From a virus: a stretch of DNA of 64,000 nucleotides. The stretch is from positions 66,846 to 130,845 of the IMG/VR virus record IMGVR_UViG_3300023199_000021. One strand, written 5' to 3'. The notes under the pieces were generated by a model, which saw nothing but the letters and a program-made list of their open reading frames with translations, was not told where the DNA came from and did not search any database. The stretch's first letter is position 1, and the number at the start of each line of letters is the position of its first letter. Positions 50,080 through 58,767 of the stretch are shown here, piece after piece. A program made the translations under genes and the position numbers.

Positions 50080-51011
50080 TATACCCAACCTCCTAAACCA
50101 TAATTAGGCAATTGACGTGCTGGAAAACCATCAACGTCACTGAAAACAAAAGAGCCTCTAGCGTTTAGGATAGCACGAGCATCTTTCTCTCTGATCCAAA
50201 AGCTACCGTCCGGTTGACCGTGACGCTTAGGACCACCGTTCCACTTGCCCCAACTGTTTTGAACTAGGAATAGAGTTTCATCGTACAAATCACGAGTATC
50301 GTCACAGGCGATCCAAGCCATAGCATGTGACCATGATCCTTCGCGACGTGCGATACCGTTTTGATCACGCTTAGAACTAAAACCTAATCCACTACAACAA
50401 GACAAAGCATACCCGTTTGCTAATGCATCACGAGCTTCTTCGATTGTTGCTACCAAAGATACAGTTCTGACTTGATGCTTACGAGCTTCATCACGATATA
50501 CAGAACTAGGAATCCTGTGATTCGCACCAAGAGAAGAATTGTATTTTGATAGGTCTACGTCTCCATAGTCCTTACGGATCAGCAAACCACCGGTATCGTT
50601 TACGTATCTAGCAGCACCAGAACAAGTCATACCCTGTTCACGGTGTCCTCTAGATTGATAGATACCTTCGGTAGCACCCCTAGCTTCAAAAGATTCTGCC
50701 TGACCTTGAACATCAATTTCAACTGCTCTTGTAACGTCAATAGCGTTACGTGTAGCGTGACTAACGCAGTCACCAGTTGTTTGTTGTTCGGCGGGACCAA
50801 AGCCGGGGTCAAATTTTAACAAAGACTTGAATGGAAGGCTCAACTTACCTTCGCCTGAATATTCTAGATGATACGCTGCCGCACCAAATAGAGGCATAGG
50901 TAGTTCGCCTAATAATGCCTTTAGGCCTTCGGGATCACAAGCTGCACCCTCTAGACCGTTATTATAGGCATCCATCAAATCTTGTGGATTTCTATAATCT
51001 TCCATCATCAT
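50079..51011 (-). CDS. Papain-like (C1) cysteine peptidase
   Basis: Q..GDCVSH, SHAM, QNSWG, DGSFW. Confidence 0.85.
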   Translation of the reverse strand: MMMEDYRNPQDLMDAYNNGLEGAACDPEGLKALLGELPMPLFGAAAYHLEYSGEGKLSLPFKSLLKFDPGFGPAEQQTTGDCVSHATRNAIDVTRAVEIDVQGQAESFEARGATEGIYQSRGHREQGMTCSGAARYVNDTGGLLIRKDYGDVDLSKYNSSLGANHRIPSSVYRDEARKHQVRTVSLVATIEEARDALANGYALSCCSGLGFSSKRDQNGIARREGSWSHAMAWIACDDTRDLYDETLFLVQNSWGKWNGGPKRHGQPDGSFWIREKDARAILNARGSFVFSDVDGFPARQLPNYGLGGWV

Positions 51012-51056
51012 CCCCTTCGGATTGATATTACGAACTGTTAAACATTTCGGCCTTCC

Positions 51057-53597
51057 TTAAGCACATCTTGACCAACCACATTGGGTACAGGTCACACAAC
51101 CCTCTTGTCTGACAAGACATTCACCACCCTCACATTCTGGACAAGTACCTTCTTCTTTAGCACCATCAGGAATATATTTCTTGAGTGCCCTTGCCATACT
51201 ACGTGCAAAGCAATTCATATCGCCCTTAACCTTTTCTAGTTGCTGGACGACCATATGAATATCTGCACCATGCCGTAGTGCTGTAGATGCCATTCTTGTT
51301 AGTGCATCTTCTTCGTCACTACAAGTCGCATTAATTGGAGATAGTTCTAAGCCGTTTTCTAGAATAGCCTTGTAGACACCCTTTGGCCTTCCAAGTTTTC
51401 TGATAACGCCTGTTCCTACCTTCTTGTCAATAAAACCATTCTTTCCTGCGAACACTTCGTAAGGATCGCCTTCAAGCAACCCAACCAATACGAAATATTC
51501 TTCACCCTTTACTCTTATATGGTGAACATCGCAATCCAATTCTTTTGGTCTTTCTGGAGCGATAGTTTTTGGTATTGTATCTTTGTCTTCATCATCGTCA
51601 AGAGAAGATGATTCGGACAGCACAGCGGTCATGGTTCCTGCACGATAGGTTGTGAAACCTTTAATACCGTTCTTCCATGCCTTTGTGTAAACGTCTTTGA
51701 AATCTTCGTAAGGATAGTCATTTGGCAAGTTGATCGTCTTAGAGATAGCAGAGTCTACCCAATTTGCGAAGATTGACATCGTGTTGACGTGGGCATCAAC
51801 ATTCAAATCCATAGTACATGCTGCCCACACCATTTCGGGGTTCCACTTTCCTTCTCCCTTAAGATAAGATACACCATAATCCTCAATCCATTCTTCCTTT
51901 AGTAACCCCCTACTGCGGTCATATTTCCAGACTTTTCCTTCAAATTTTGTAGCTAACAGGTCTTCATCCCCCTCTTTTAACCATCTCCAACCGGGGTCTG
52001 GTGCGACTTGATCGTTACCATCAAGGTTAAAGTGCCTATTTTTCCAGTCAACATTGATAGGCATTGTTAATCCGTTAGGAGGAACAGGTTGAATGGAAGT
52101 ACGGACGTATCCATGCATGAAAAGTGGCTCCAAACCACCACTAACTAGATTGGCATAGCAAGAACCGTTACCTGTAGGTTGAATTGAAGAAACATGAGAG
52201 TTGCGAATACCATACTTCTTGATCAAAGCAATAGTATTCTTGTTTAATTTCTTAACAAAATTACTATCAAGATACTTTTCTTCATCATAGAGAGGGAAAG
52301 AACCCTTCTCTTTAGCTAGAAGTGCCGATGCCTTGTACGCTTCGTTGGTGAAGAACTCCATCAACTTGTCTGTCATTTCCAAGGCTTTCTTACTACCATA
52401 TTTGATACGAGCCATCAATAAAGCAGACCCATATCCTAGAACACCAAGGCCGATACGTCGCTTGTTGAGCAAGTTATCTTTCTGACTCTCCAAAGGTACA
52501 TAGGTCTTGTCGTTTACGTTGTCCATAAAACGAACTGCCGTATGGATAGTCTCTTTTAGTTCGTCATACTTCCAACCCCTAGACTTAGGATCAACGAAGT
52601 GAACCAAGTTGATAGAGCCAAGCAAACATACACCACCAATAGGTAGTACTTGTTCGCCACAGGGGTTGGTCGCATTAATCCACTCGCAATAACGAAGATT
52701 ATTCATGCGATTCATATTGTCTACGAACAATACTCCCGGTTCATTTCGGTTATACGTGTTGTCCATGATAAGATCCCAAAGTTCTCTTGCAGAATCAAAT
52801 CTATGGTAGACAACAAAAGGATCAGCATCACTCTCCCCGTTGAAATCACAGGCGTCTTTCCAGTCATTGATATCTCCCTTCCAATACTCCTTGTAAGTTA
52901 CTGGATACGACTCATAGTTTGGGAAAATAAGCTCCCAAGGTTCGTAGTTCTCTACAGCTTCCATGAACCTGTCGGTACACAATACAGACATATTGAACTT
53001 AGAAAGTCTGCCGGGAGTTTCCTTGGCACCGATGTATTCCATAATGTCAGGATGCCAGCAAGACATTGTTACCATCTGGGCACCCTTACGGATGAAGTTC
53101 TTTTGGTCTTTTCGAGAAGCCTTATTGGAACCAGCGGTAATAATCTCAGAAGATTTATCCCATAGCTCAAGAAACTTAACGGCACCGGGAGATTGGTTAG
53201 CAATACCATGGATGTGAGAGCCACAAGGACGCATTACGTCAGCACAGAAACCGTAGCCACCCTCACTCTTTAAAATCTTTGCCTGTCTAAGTAGACAAGA
53301 ATAAATACCTTCGATTGAATCGAGGTCTTCGCCTTCAAAACCATCAACAAAGCAGTTGATATAGGTGGTTCCTTTTAGGCCGGTTCCCGCATTACTGGTG
53401 ATACGTCCACCGGGCACGAATTTGAAATCATCTAGAGCATCGTAAAACTTTTGTTCCCACTTCTCTTTGTCTTCTTCAATAGATGCTAAATCTTTTGCTA
53501 CTCTTTTCCATGTGTCTTCTACGCATTCGTCTTCTCCAAACTTATACTTTTGAAACCAAGTTTCCTCGGAGAAGGAATTAGAAAATTTGCTTGTCAT
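51057..53597 (-). CDS. nrdJ: Class II (adenosylcobalamin) ribonucleotide reductase
   Basis: PGGRI, INCFV, NPCGEQ, CLLGS, QPTG, ISKTIN; C-terminal TSCPD-like/Zn ribbon; SD AAGGAG before ATG 53597. Confidence 0.9.
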   Translation of the reverse strand: MTSKFSNSFSEETWFQKYKFGEDECVEDTWKRVAKDLASIEEDKEKWEQKFYDALDDFKFVPGGRITSNAGTGLKGTTYINCFVDGFEGEDLDSIEGIYSCLLRQAKILKSEGGYGFCADVMRPCGSHIHGIANQSPGAVKFLELWDKSSEIITAGSNKASRKDQKNFIRKGAQMVTMSCWHPDIMEYIGAKETPGRLSKFNMSVLCTDRFMEAVENYEPWELIFPNYESYPVTYKEYWKGDINDWKDACDFNGESDADPFVVYHRFDSARELWDLIMDNTYNRNEPGVLFVDNMNRMNNLRYCEWINATNPCGEQVLPIGGVCLLGSINLVHFVDPKSRGWKYDELKETIHTAVRFMDNVNDKTYVPLESQKDNLLNKRRIGLGVLGYGSALLMARIKYGSKKALEMTDKLMEFFTNEAYKASALLAKEKGSFPLYDEEKYLDSNFVKKLNKNTIALIKKYGIRNSHVSSIQPTGNGSCYANLVSGGLEPLFMHGYVRTSIQPVPPNGLTMPINVDWKNRHFNLDGNDQVAPDPGWRWLKEGDEDLLATKFEGKVWKYDRSRGLLKEEWIEDYGVSYLKGEGKWNPEMVWAACTMDLNVDAHVNTMSIFANWVDSAISKTINLPNDYPYEDFKDVYTKAWKNGIKGFTTYRAGTMTAVLSESSSLDDDEDKDTIPKTIAPERPKELDCDVHHIRVKGEEYFVLVGLLEGDPYEVFAGKNGFIDKKVGTGVIRKLGRPKGVYKAILENGLELSPINATCSDEEDALTRMASTALRHGADIHMVVQQLEKVKGDMNCFARSMARALKKYIPDGAKEEGTCPECEGGECLVRQEGCVTCTQCGWSRCA

Positions 53598-53613
53598 TTC
53601 TACTCCTTGAGAT

Positions 53614-53648
53614 AAAAAAAGACCCACCTTAAGACGACAAGATGGGTC
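53614..53648 (-). terminator. Terminator in the nrdJ 5' leader
   Basis: GACCCATCTT-GTCGTCTT-AAGGTGGGTC followed by T7, just upstream of the nrdJ RBS. Confidence 0.75.
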
Positions 53649-53843
53649 GTGATTTTCGAAAGCGACACGTTTTAATATTCCAATGATGACCACATAGTAA
53701 ATTGTTTTGTTGTTATTGAAATAAACCAACCGAATAAATTTGGTTGTGGTCAACTCAGAATTGTAATTAATAGCCAGACTCGTGCCGCTTTAACGGTGAG
53801 AGAATTACGCTCTTTATGTGTCTAGCCAATAGTAATATACACC
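53649..53843 (-). promoter_or_regulatory. Structured nrdJ leader (attenuator/riboswitch or ncRNA candidate) with GGTGTATA promoter-like motif
   Basis: Stems GGCTAGAC/GTCTGGCT and TGACCACA/TGTGGTCA enclose hairpins. Confidence 0.45.
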
Positions 53844-53876
53844 GCCCGAACCCATTTTAAAGTTGCTGTCAACTTT

Positions 53877-54226
53877 TTAATTTTCGCTTTTGTGCAAATT
53901 CCTTATATCTAGTTCAGGTGGTACACTAATGCGACGACGCTTGATACCGGCGTCATCTAACATTTCATTAGCGAGTTCTAAATCTTCTCCCCACTGTACT
54001 CCTTTACCAGTGAACTACCTCTACCCTAAACTGATTTTTGATCCGATTTCTTGGGGAAGGTTAGTTGAAGATAGTGAGTCCTATGAAATCAGCTTCATCT
54101 TGCGTTGATTTGCGTCATGTTTGATGACATTTTTAGCTCAGTCGCTTCGCTTATGACCAGCCAATTCTCTTTTAGAATTGGTAGGGGCTTTCTGCCCGCT
54201 AAGAGGTAAAACTCGTCCCAGTTCAT
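53877..54226 (-). pseudogene. dCMP deaminase remnant
   Basis: N-terminus MNWDEFYL (TGATG-coupled start) and C-terminus QWGEDLELANEMLDDAGI; catalytic core replaced by an IS-end element. Confidence 0.6.
54010..54202 (-). mobile_element. Miniature IS200/IS605-type palindromic element
   Basis: GCGGGCAGAAAGCCCCTACC...TTTAGGGTAGAGGTAGTTCAC with several internal hairpins. Confidence 0.7.
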
Positions 54227-54459
54227 CAGTTATATTTCCTTACGTTTTTACGTGTACATGAGCAGTATTCAAGACGTTGCAAGATAGGTCTATCGTTGCG
54301 AATGGTTGTTGTTCCTACGCCGGTTTGATAAACCAAATATCCCTTGCCATAGCAAGTTTTGCATCTTTCTTTTGCATAAAGCTCTGCAATATCAGGGTCT
54401 ACTTGATACTTGTAGCGTCCCTGAAAGGATTTCTTTCCAAAATTTAAGCCTTCAATCAT
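54226..54459 (-). CDS. Small DnaJ-type Zn-finger protein
   Basis: CKTCYGKG...CSC. Confidence 0.6.
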   Translation of the reverse strand: MIEGLNFGKKSFQGRYKYQVDPDIAELYAKERCKTCYGKGYLVYQTGVGTTTIRNDRPILQRLEYCSCTRKNVRKYN

Positions 54460-54473
54460 TATTTATTTCTCCA

Positions 54474-54524
54474 AAAAAAACGACAGAGCATACCTTCCTC
54501 GTTAAAGAAATTATACTCTGTCGT
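54474..54524 (-). terminator. Intrinsic terminator
   Basis: ACGACAGAGTATA...TATGCTCTGTCGT followed by T6. Confidence 0.7.
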
Positions 54525-54542
54525 TGAGCGGTTTATCTGCTT

Positions 54543-54869
54543 TTAATCTGAATTTTCTTCGTTGTTGCCAGAGCCAAGAATGGAGTTTGCACAGCTAGTT
54601 AGTACACTCGTCATGATCTCAATCTTGGAATTAAGGTTCATTTCTAGCTTGTCGATTTTCTGTTCGATCTTATTGTCGAAAGTATCTATTTTGCGTTCCA
54701 TAACTTCCAGCCTACGGTTAATTTCGGCGTTCACTTTTTCTTCCAGTAAGTCTAGCTTACGATTGTGTGATATCACAGTCTTAAGCAACCAAGCGACTAT
54801 AGGCAAAAAAACAAGAGCAGAGATTTCAAGTATTAACTTGGTGGTTTCTAAGATTGAAGTCTCGTCCAT
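54543..54869 (-). CDS. TM plus coiled-coil protein
   Basis: N-terminal TM followed by heptad repeats. Confidence 0.6.
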   Translation of the reverse strand: MDETSILETTKLILEISALVFLPIVAWLLKTVISHNRKLDLLEEKVNAEINRRLEVMERKIDTFDNKIEQKIDKLEMNLNSKIEIMTSVLTSCANSILGSGNNEENSD

Positions 54870-54896
54870 TTTACTTACTCTACCTTTGTTAAAGAC

Positions 54897-54931
54897 AAAA
54901 AAAGAAGCGTAAGCGTTGAAACTTACGCTCT
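54897..54931 (-). terminator. Intrinsic terminator
   Basis: AGCGTAAG-TTTCAACG-CTTACGCT followed by a T-run. Confidence 0.7.
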
Positions 54932-54944
54932 TAGAGTGAGGTTA

Positions 54945-55550
54945 TTAGTAAACTGTCTTTGCTTTGTAATCGTCTTGTTTAGGCAGAGGACTACCATCGC
55001 GGTAAACAAGTTCACCGGGAACAGCAGCAGAAGGATTAGCAGCGTTGTCTGTTCCACTAGATGCAACGGATGCACCAACGTCGCCTGTAGCACTAATGTC
55101 CCAAGCACCAGTGTTGCTAACACTTACAGCAGGATCGAATACACCCGAGAACTCTTGCCAACCACCTGTACGTACCGCAGTCTTGTAGAAATAGGTAGAT
55201 ACAGTTGTCTTTTGCTTGATAGAGAACGGACGGTTCGCAGAATTAGAACCACCAGAAAGAAGTGCGGTATTTGCTAGGTTAGCTAGATCGCTAGTTACTC
55301 TACGAATAACTTGATCACCACCATTGAATACGGCACCAGCAGAACCGTTAACAGCTTCAACACCGTTCACACCAGAATTGATGGTAACGTAGCGAGAAAG
55401 CCCTAAGTTAACAGCATCAGCGGTGAAACGAGTGTCGGCTGGAATATTACCACCAGCACGAATTGTACCTTGGTCGTTATCGACACCGCTTGGCAAACCA
55501 TCTGCATTTAGGTTTGCAACTTTGCTTGAGGAAATGCTCCAAAAACTCAT
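54945..55550 (-). CDS. Probable virion structural protein
   Basis: Gly/Ala/Ser-rich; TDNAANP..AVPGELVY..G...P..DDY motif; has its own terminator. Confidence 0.5.
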   Translation of the reverse strand: MSFWSISSSKVANLNADGLPSGVDNDQGTIRAGGNIPADTRFTADAVNLGLSRYVTINSGVNGVEAVNGSAGAVFNGGDQVIRRVTSDLANLANTALLSGGSNSANRPFSIKQKTTVSTYFYKTAVRTGGWQEFSGVFDPAVSVSNTGAWDISATGDVGASVASSGTDNAANPSAAVPGELVYRDGSPLPKQDDYKAKTVY

Positions 55551-55622
55551 AATACATACTCCATACGTTCGATATGGAATAATCCTAGTACTCCAACATT
55601 TAAAATCCTGTTCCTGTATTTA

Positions 55623-56246
55623 TTAATTACACCAAAGATTCAAATTGTAGAGTCTAAGGCCGAAGATTTCCGTACTAAGTACTAGGTCTAGCTGATCTTT
55701 TTTCCATATGTACCCGTTGAAAATAGTGGACATTTCGGTTTTTGTTTCAATAAGATTTGCTGCAATCAGATTATCGAAGAAATCGTCGTGATGATACCCA
55801 ATCGTGGGGAAAGCTATCTCAACCCCTAATTCATGGCATATTCTGGAGAAATTCACGATATTACTAATGTGGTGGTAGTCCAGAAACATGCGAAAAGTAG
55901 CCACATAGTCATCGCACATTGCCTTTGCTACTTTAATTTCACCTAGAAATTCCTTGTATTTACATCTAAATAGGTATTGATTGGGAACATAGTCGATAGC
56001 ATTAGCCCCGCTTTGTAGCGAGTTCAATATCATGAAGTTTCTAGCCTTGGTAGAGGCGTAACCGGATGGAAAATCAACGGGAGCGGCCAACACAATATCT
56101 TCTGGCATGTATTCTTTGATCTCTCGTATCATATGGATAGGTAATGCTAGCCCTTTTAGGTCGTTTTCTAGTGCAAGGAAGATATGTTTAAGTTCTGACT
56201 CGTAGCTCTCGATGTACCTATTGTAATTGCAGTATTCAACATACAT
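55623..56246 (-). CDS. Degenerate DeoC-like TIM-barrel protein
   Basis: VDFPSG..ST..R, GANAID.V; lacks the KTSTG lysine. Confidence 0.55.
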   Translation of the reverse strand: MYVEYCNYNRYIESYESELKHIFLALENDLKGLALPIHMIREIKEYMPEDIVLAAPVDFPSGYASTKARNFMILNSLQSGANAIDYVPNQYLFRCKYKEFLGEIKVAKAMCDDYVATFRMFLDYHHISNIVNFSRICHELGVEIAFPTIGYHHDDFFDNLIAANLIETKTEMSTIFNGYIWKKDQLDLVLSTEIFGLRLYNLNLWCN

Positions 56247-56919
56247 GTGATTTGATATTTTCTAGAGTTTCGTAACCTTCCGTTCCCCATACCGCATCTG
56301 CAAAACCATGAGCTACGGCTTCCTCGGAAGATAACCACCAATCCTCTTTCTTTTCTAGGTGTTTTTTGATGGAGTTTTTAATCTGGGTTTCTGATTTGCC
56401 GCTGTACAGTTCAGAATTTGCACAGACACCGGCATAGATATCCATCATTTGTTTACGCGTTCTGTCTTCCCATTCGGCCCAAGACTTAGCTTGTCTCATT
56501 ACCTGACCATTGATATCTGTATATCCGTCATGAATCAGCCACCAACAGTTCGGCATACTAACTCTTAAATCGGCTGCTTGGGGAACGATACTTCCCATAG
56601 ATGCTGCAATACCGTGAGTAATGACGATTACAGGAGCATCACATGTTTGTATCGCATCGTACATCATCACCCCCTCGGTCCAATAACCGCCTACTGAATG
56701 TTGATGTATCACAATTGGCTTTGAAGTATCAATACGACTTAGCAATAACATATTCTTCAAGAAGTAATTTGCCATACGATATTCAACGCCGGGGTCTTCT
56801 TCATCGTTGTCGATGTAACCATGTAGAAAGACCTCTCTAGATTCCAAGAGAATACTAAAGCGATGCATTTCATCAACAATGTATCCCTTGGATACCCTAT
56901 CTCTATTCCTCAAGCTCAT
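56236..56919 (-). CDS. clpP: ClpP-family serine protease
   Basis: HSVGG, GIAASMGS, LIHDG, DWWLSSEEAV.HGFAD. Confidence 0.88.
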   Translation of the reverse strand: MSLRNRDRVSKGYIVDEMHRFSILLESREVFLHGYIDNDEEDPGVEYRMANYFLKNMLLLSRIDTSKPIVIHQHSVGGYWTEGVMMYDAIQTCDAPVIVITHGIAASMGSIVPQAADLRVSMPNCWWLIHDGYTDINGQVMRQAKSWAEWEDRTRKQMMDIYAGVCANSELYSGKSETQIKNSIKKHLEKKEDWWLSSEEAVAHGFADAVWGTEGYETLENIKSHVC

Positions 56920-57361
56920 TTTGTTTCACCACTCCCAACAGGGTCTTTCGTACAGCGTGCATAACCTCCCTGTCTCTAAATAATTTACCGACACCTATTC
57001 TAAACCTATAGGGTGTCAGTATGTCTACTGATTCTACACCCCTACATGCTTCGATGATAGGATAATAATTTTCTAGAAGTTTGAAGTTAGAATGTCCTAC
57101 CCAGAACTTGAAGTGAGAACTTGCTAAACTATTCTCTGTTAGGGGCAGAACACCAAAAGGGGTTATGATTGTCTTAATCGGCTTTTCAAAGAATGGCAGT
57201 TCTTCCATTTCCTCAAAATCAATATCTTCTTGAGTATCTTCTAGCTCTCTTTCAAATGCTTCTTTTGCATTGTTAATTGATTCATCAGAATAGGCATCTA
57301 CCCAAGGCTCCCAATATACATCGAAATCACTTGGGATAGGCATTTCATTTGTGTTGCTCAT
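56903..57361 (-). CDS. Conserved hypothetical phage protein
   Basis: TPFG, FKFWVGHSNF, GVE...TPYRFRIGVGKLF. Confidence 0.6.
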   Translation of the reverse strand: MSNTNEMPIPSDFDVYWEPWVDAYSDESINNAKEAFERELEDTQEDIDFEEMEELPFFEKPIKTIITPFGVLPLTENSLASSHFKFWVGHSNFKLLENYYPIIEACRGVESVDILTPYRFRIGVGKLFRDREVMHAVRKTLLGVVKQNELEE

Positions 57362-57370
57362 ATTTCACCT

Positions 57371-58336
57371 TTATACTGCGACAGCACCGAAGTCTATCTT
57401 AGGATGTGGATCATATCCTACCAGTTCGAAGTCCTCATACGTCCAATTAAAAATATCGAATGGTTCCCCACTGATTTTTAATTGAGGCAATTTGCGGGGC
57501 GTTCTCGTAAGCTGTTCCTTTGCCCCTCCGTCAATCTGATTTTCATAGATATGACAGTCCTCTAGAACACCCACTAGCTCTCCCGCTTTTAGACCACTTT
57601 CTTTGCAGAGCAATTCTAAAAGTAGTGCATAGCTGGCAATGTTGAAAGGTACTCCCAACATCAGGTCGCAAGATCTTTGCTTCCAACATAAATTTAATAC
57701 ACCATTAATATGTACTAGGGTAAAGGCATAATGGCAAGGTGGTAGAGCCATAAGGTGAATTTGGTTAGGATTCCATGCAGAAACGACCATCCTGCGATCA
57801 TCAGGGTTGGTTTTTAAAGTTTCAACAACTTTCTTTAGCTGGTCGGTTCCTTTAAAAACACCGTTGACCTTTAATATTCCTGCATTTGCACCTTGATCAT
57901 CCCAAAAATCATCGCCACTTCTATTGGGAAAATGCTGATCGAACTTACGCCATTGATATCCATAGATAGGTCCAAGGTCTATTATTTTTTCTTGTATCTG
58001 CTTTTTAGTTTTAATTTTTTCATCATTTTGAAATGGATTAAGATTTCTTGCCGAGTAGTAAAGTTTATCAACCTCTTTTGGATTAGCCCATTCATTCCAA
58101 ATCTTACACTTGCGTTCTTGATACCAAGATTTATCTGTAACTCCTTTGATAAACCCTTCAAGTTCGACAGCCATAGCTTTGACTGCCATCTTTTTAGTTG
58201 TCAATAAAGGAAAACCCTTAGACATATCATGCCGAAAGATTTCGCAGAAAGTGGCTAATGTCCTATACTTAGTACGATTACCTTTCCATTGTCCTGTATG
58301 TAGCACATTATGTACTATGTCCAAATAGCTTTTCAT
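57371..58336 (-). CDS. thyA: Thymidylate synthase
   Basis: FPLLTTKK, LGPIYGYQWR, ALPPCH, QRSCD..LGVPFNIASY, HIY. Confidence 0.95.
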   Translation of the reverse strand: MKSYLDIVHNVLHTGQWKGNRTKYRTLATFCEIFRHDMSKGFPLLTTKKMAVKAMAVELEGFIKGVTDKSWYQERKCKIWNEWANPKEVDKLYYSARNLNPFQNDEKIKTKKQIQEKIIDLGPIYGYQWRKFDQHFPNRSGDDFWDDQGANAGILKVNGVFKGTDQLKKVVETLKTNPDDRRMVVSAWNPNQIHLMALPPCHYAFTLVHINGVLNLCWKQRSCDLMLGVPFNIASYALLLELLCKESGLKAGELVGVLEDCHIYENQIDGGAKEQLTRTPRKLPQLKISGEPFDIFNWTYEDFELVGYDPHPKIDFGAVAV

Positions 58337-58767
58337 TCTTTCATTCTTCTGAAATTAAAAACTTGTGATGCGGGTGACGCTACCCTGCCACCAGATTGTA
58401 CTTTTTGGTCTAGAACGAAACTATGTAGCTTTTGCATTTGGTTTACAAGCTGTTCGTTGAATGCTTTCTTTTCTGGATCGTCACCGGCCCACATTTTCAG
58501 CGATTCATAGATAAAGTTCTCCAACTCTCCCTGAGAGATATGAAAGATTAAGTAGGAAAGGATGTTAACCGAATCTTCTGACAGGTCATCTATTTCGGAT
58601 AGAACCGTAAAGTTCCCCGTACCTGAATTGTACTCAATTAGAATCTTACCAGCAGCATCGCTCTCGATTTCTTCTGGTATAATCTTTTCTTTTTGAAGAC
58701 TGTTTAGTAAGTATTGTAACAAACTCATGATCCCGTTATATATTGATTGAAACTTGGGCAAATCCAT
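58333..58767 (-). CDS. Hypothetical protein
   Basis: ORF with P..VF C-terminus; true start may be MSLLQY. Confidence 0.5.
   Translation of the reverse strand: MDLPKFQSIYNGIMSLLQYLLNSLQKEKIIPEEIESDAAGKILIEYNSGTGNFTVLSEIDDLSEDSVNILSYLIFHISQGELENFIYESLKMWAGDDPEKKAFNEQLVNQMQKLHSFVLDQKVQSGGRVASPASQVFNFRRMKE

Noticed and set aside
53598-53753. N-terminal extension of the 898-aa nrdJ ORF
   Set aside because: It runs through a terminator; the good SD precedes ATG 53597
54010-54202. Self-splicing intron in the deaminase gene
   Set aside because: Removal would leave only ~50 codons, and the ends match IS200/IS605 palindromes
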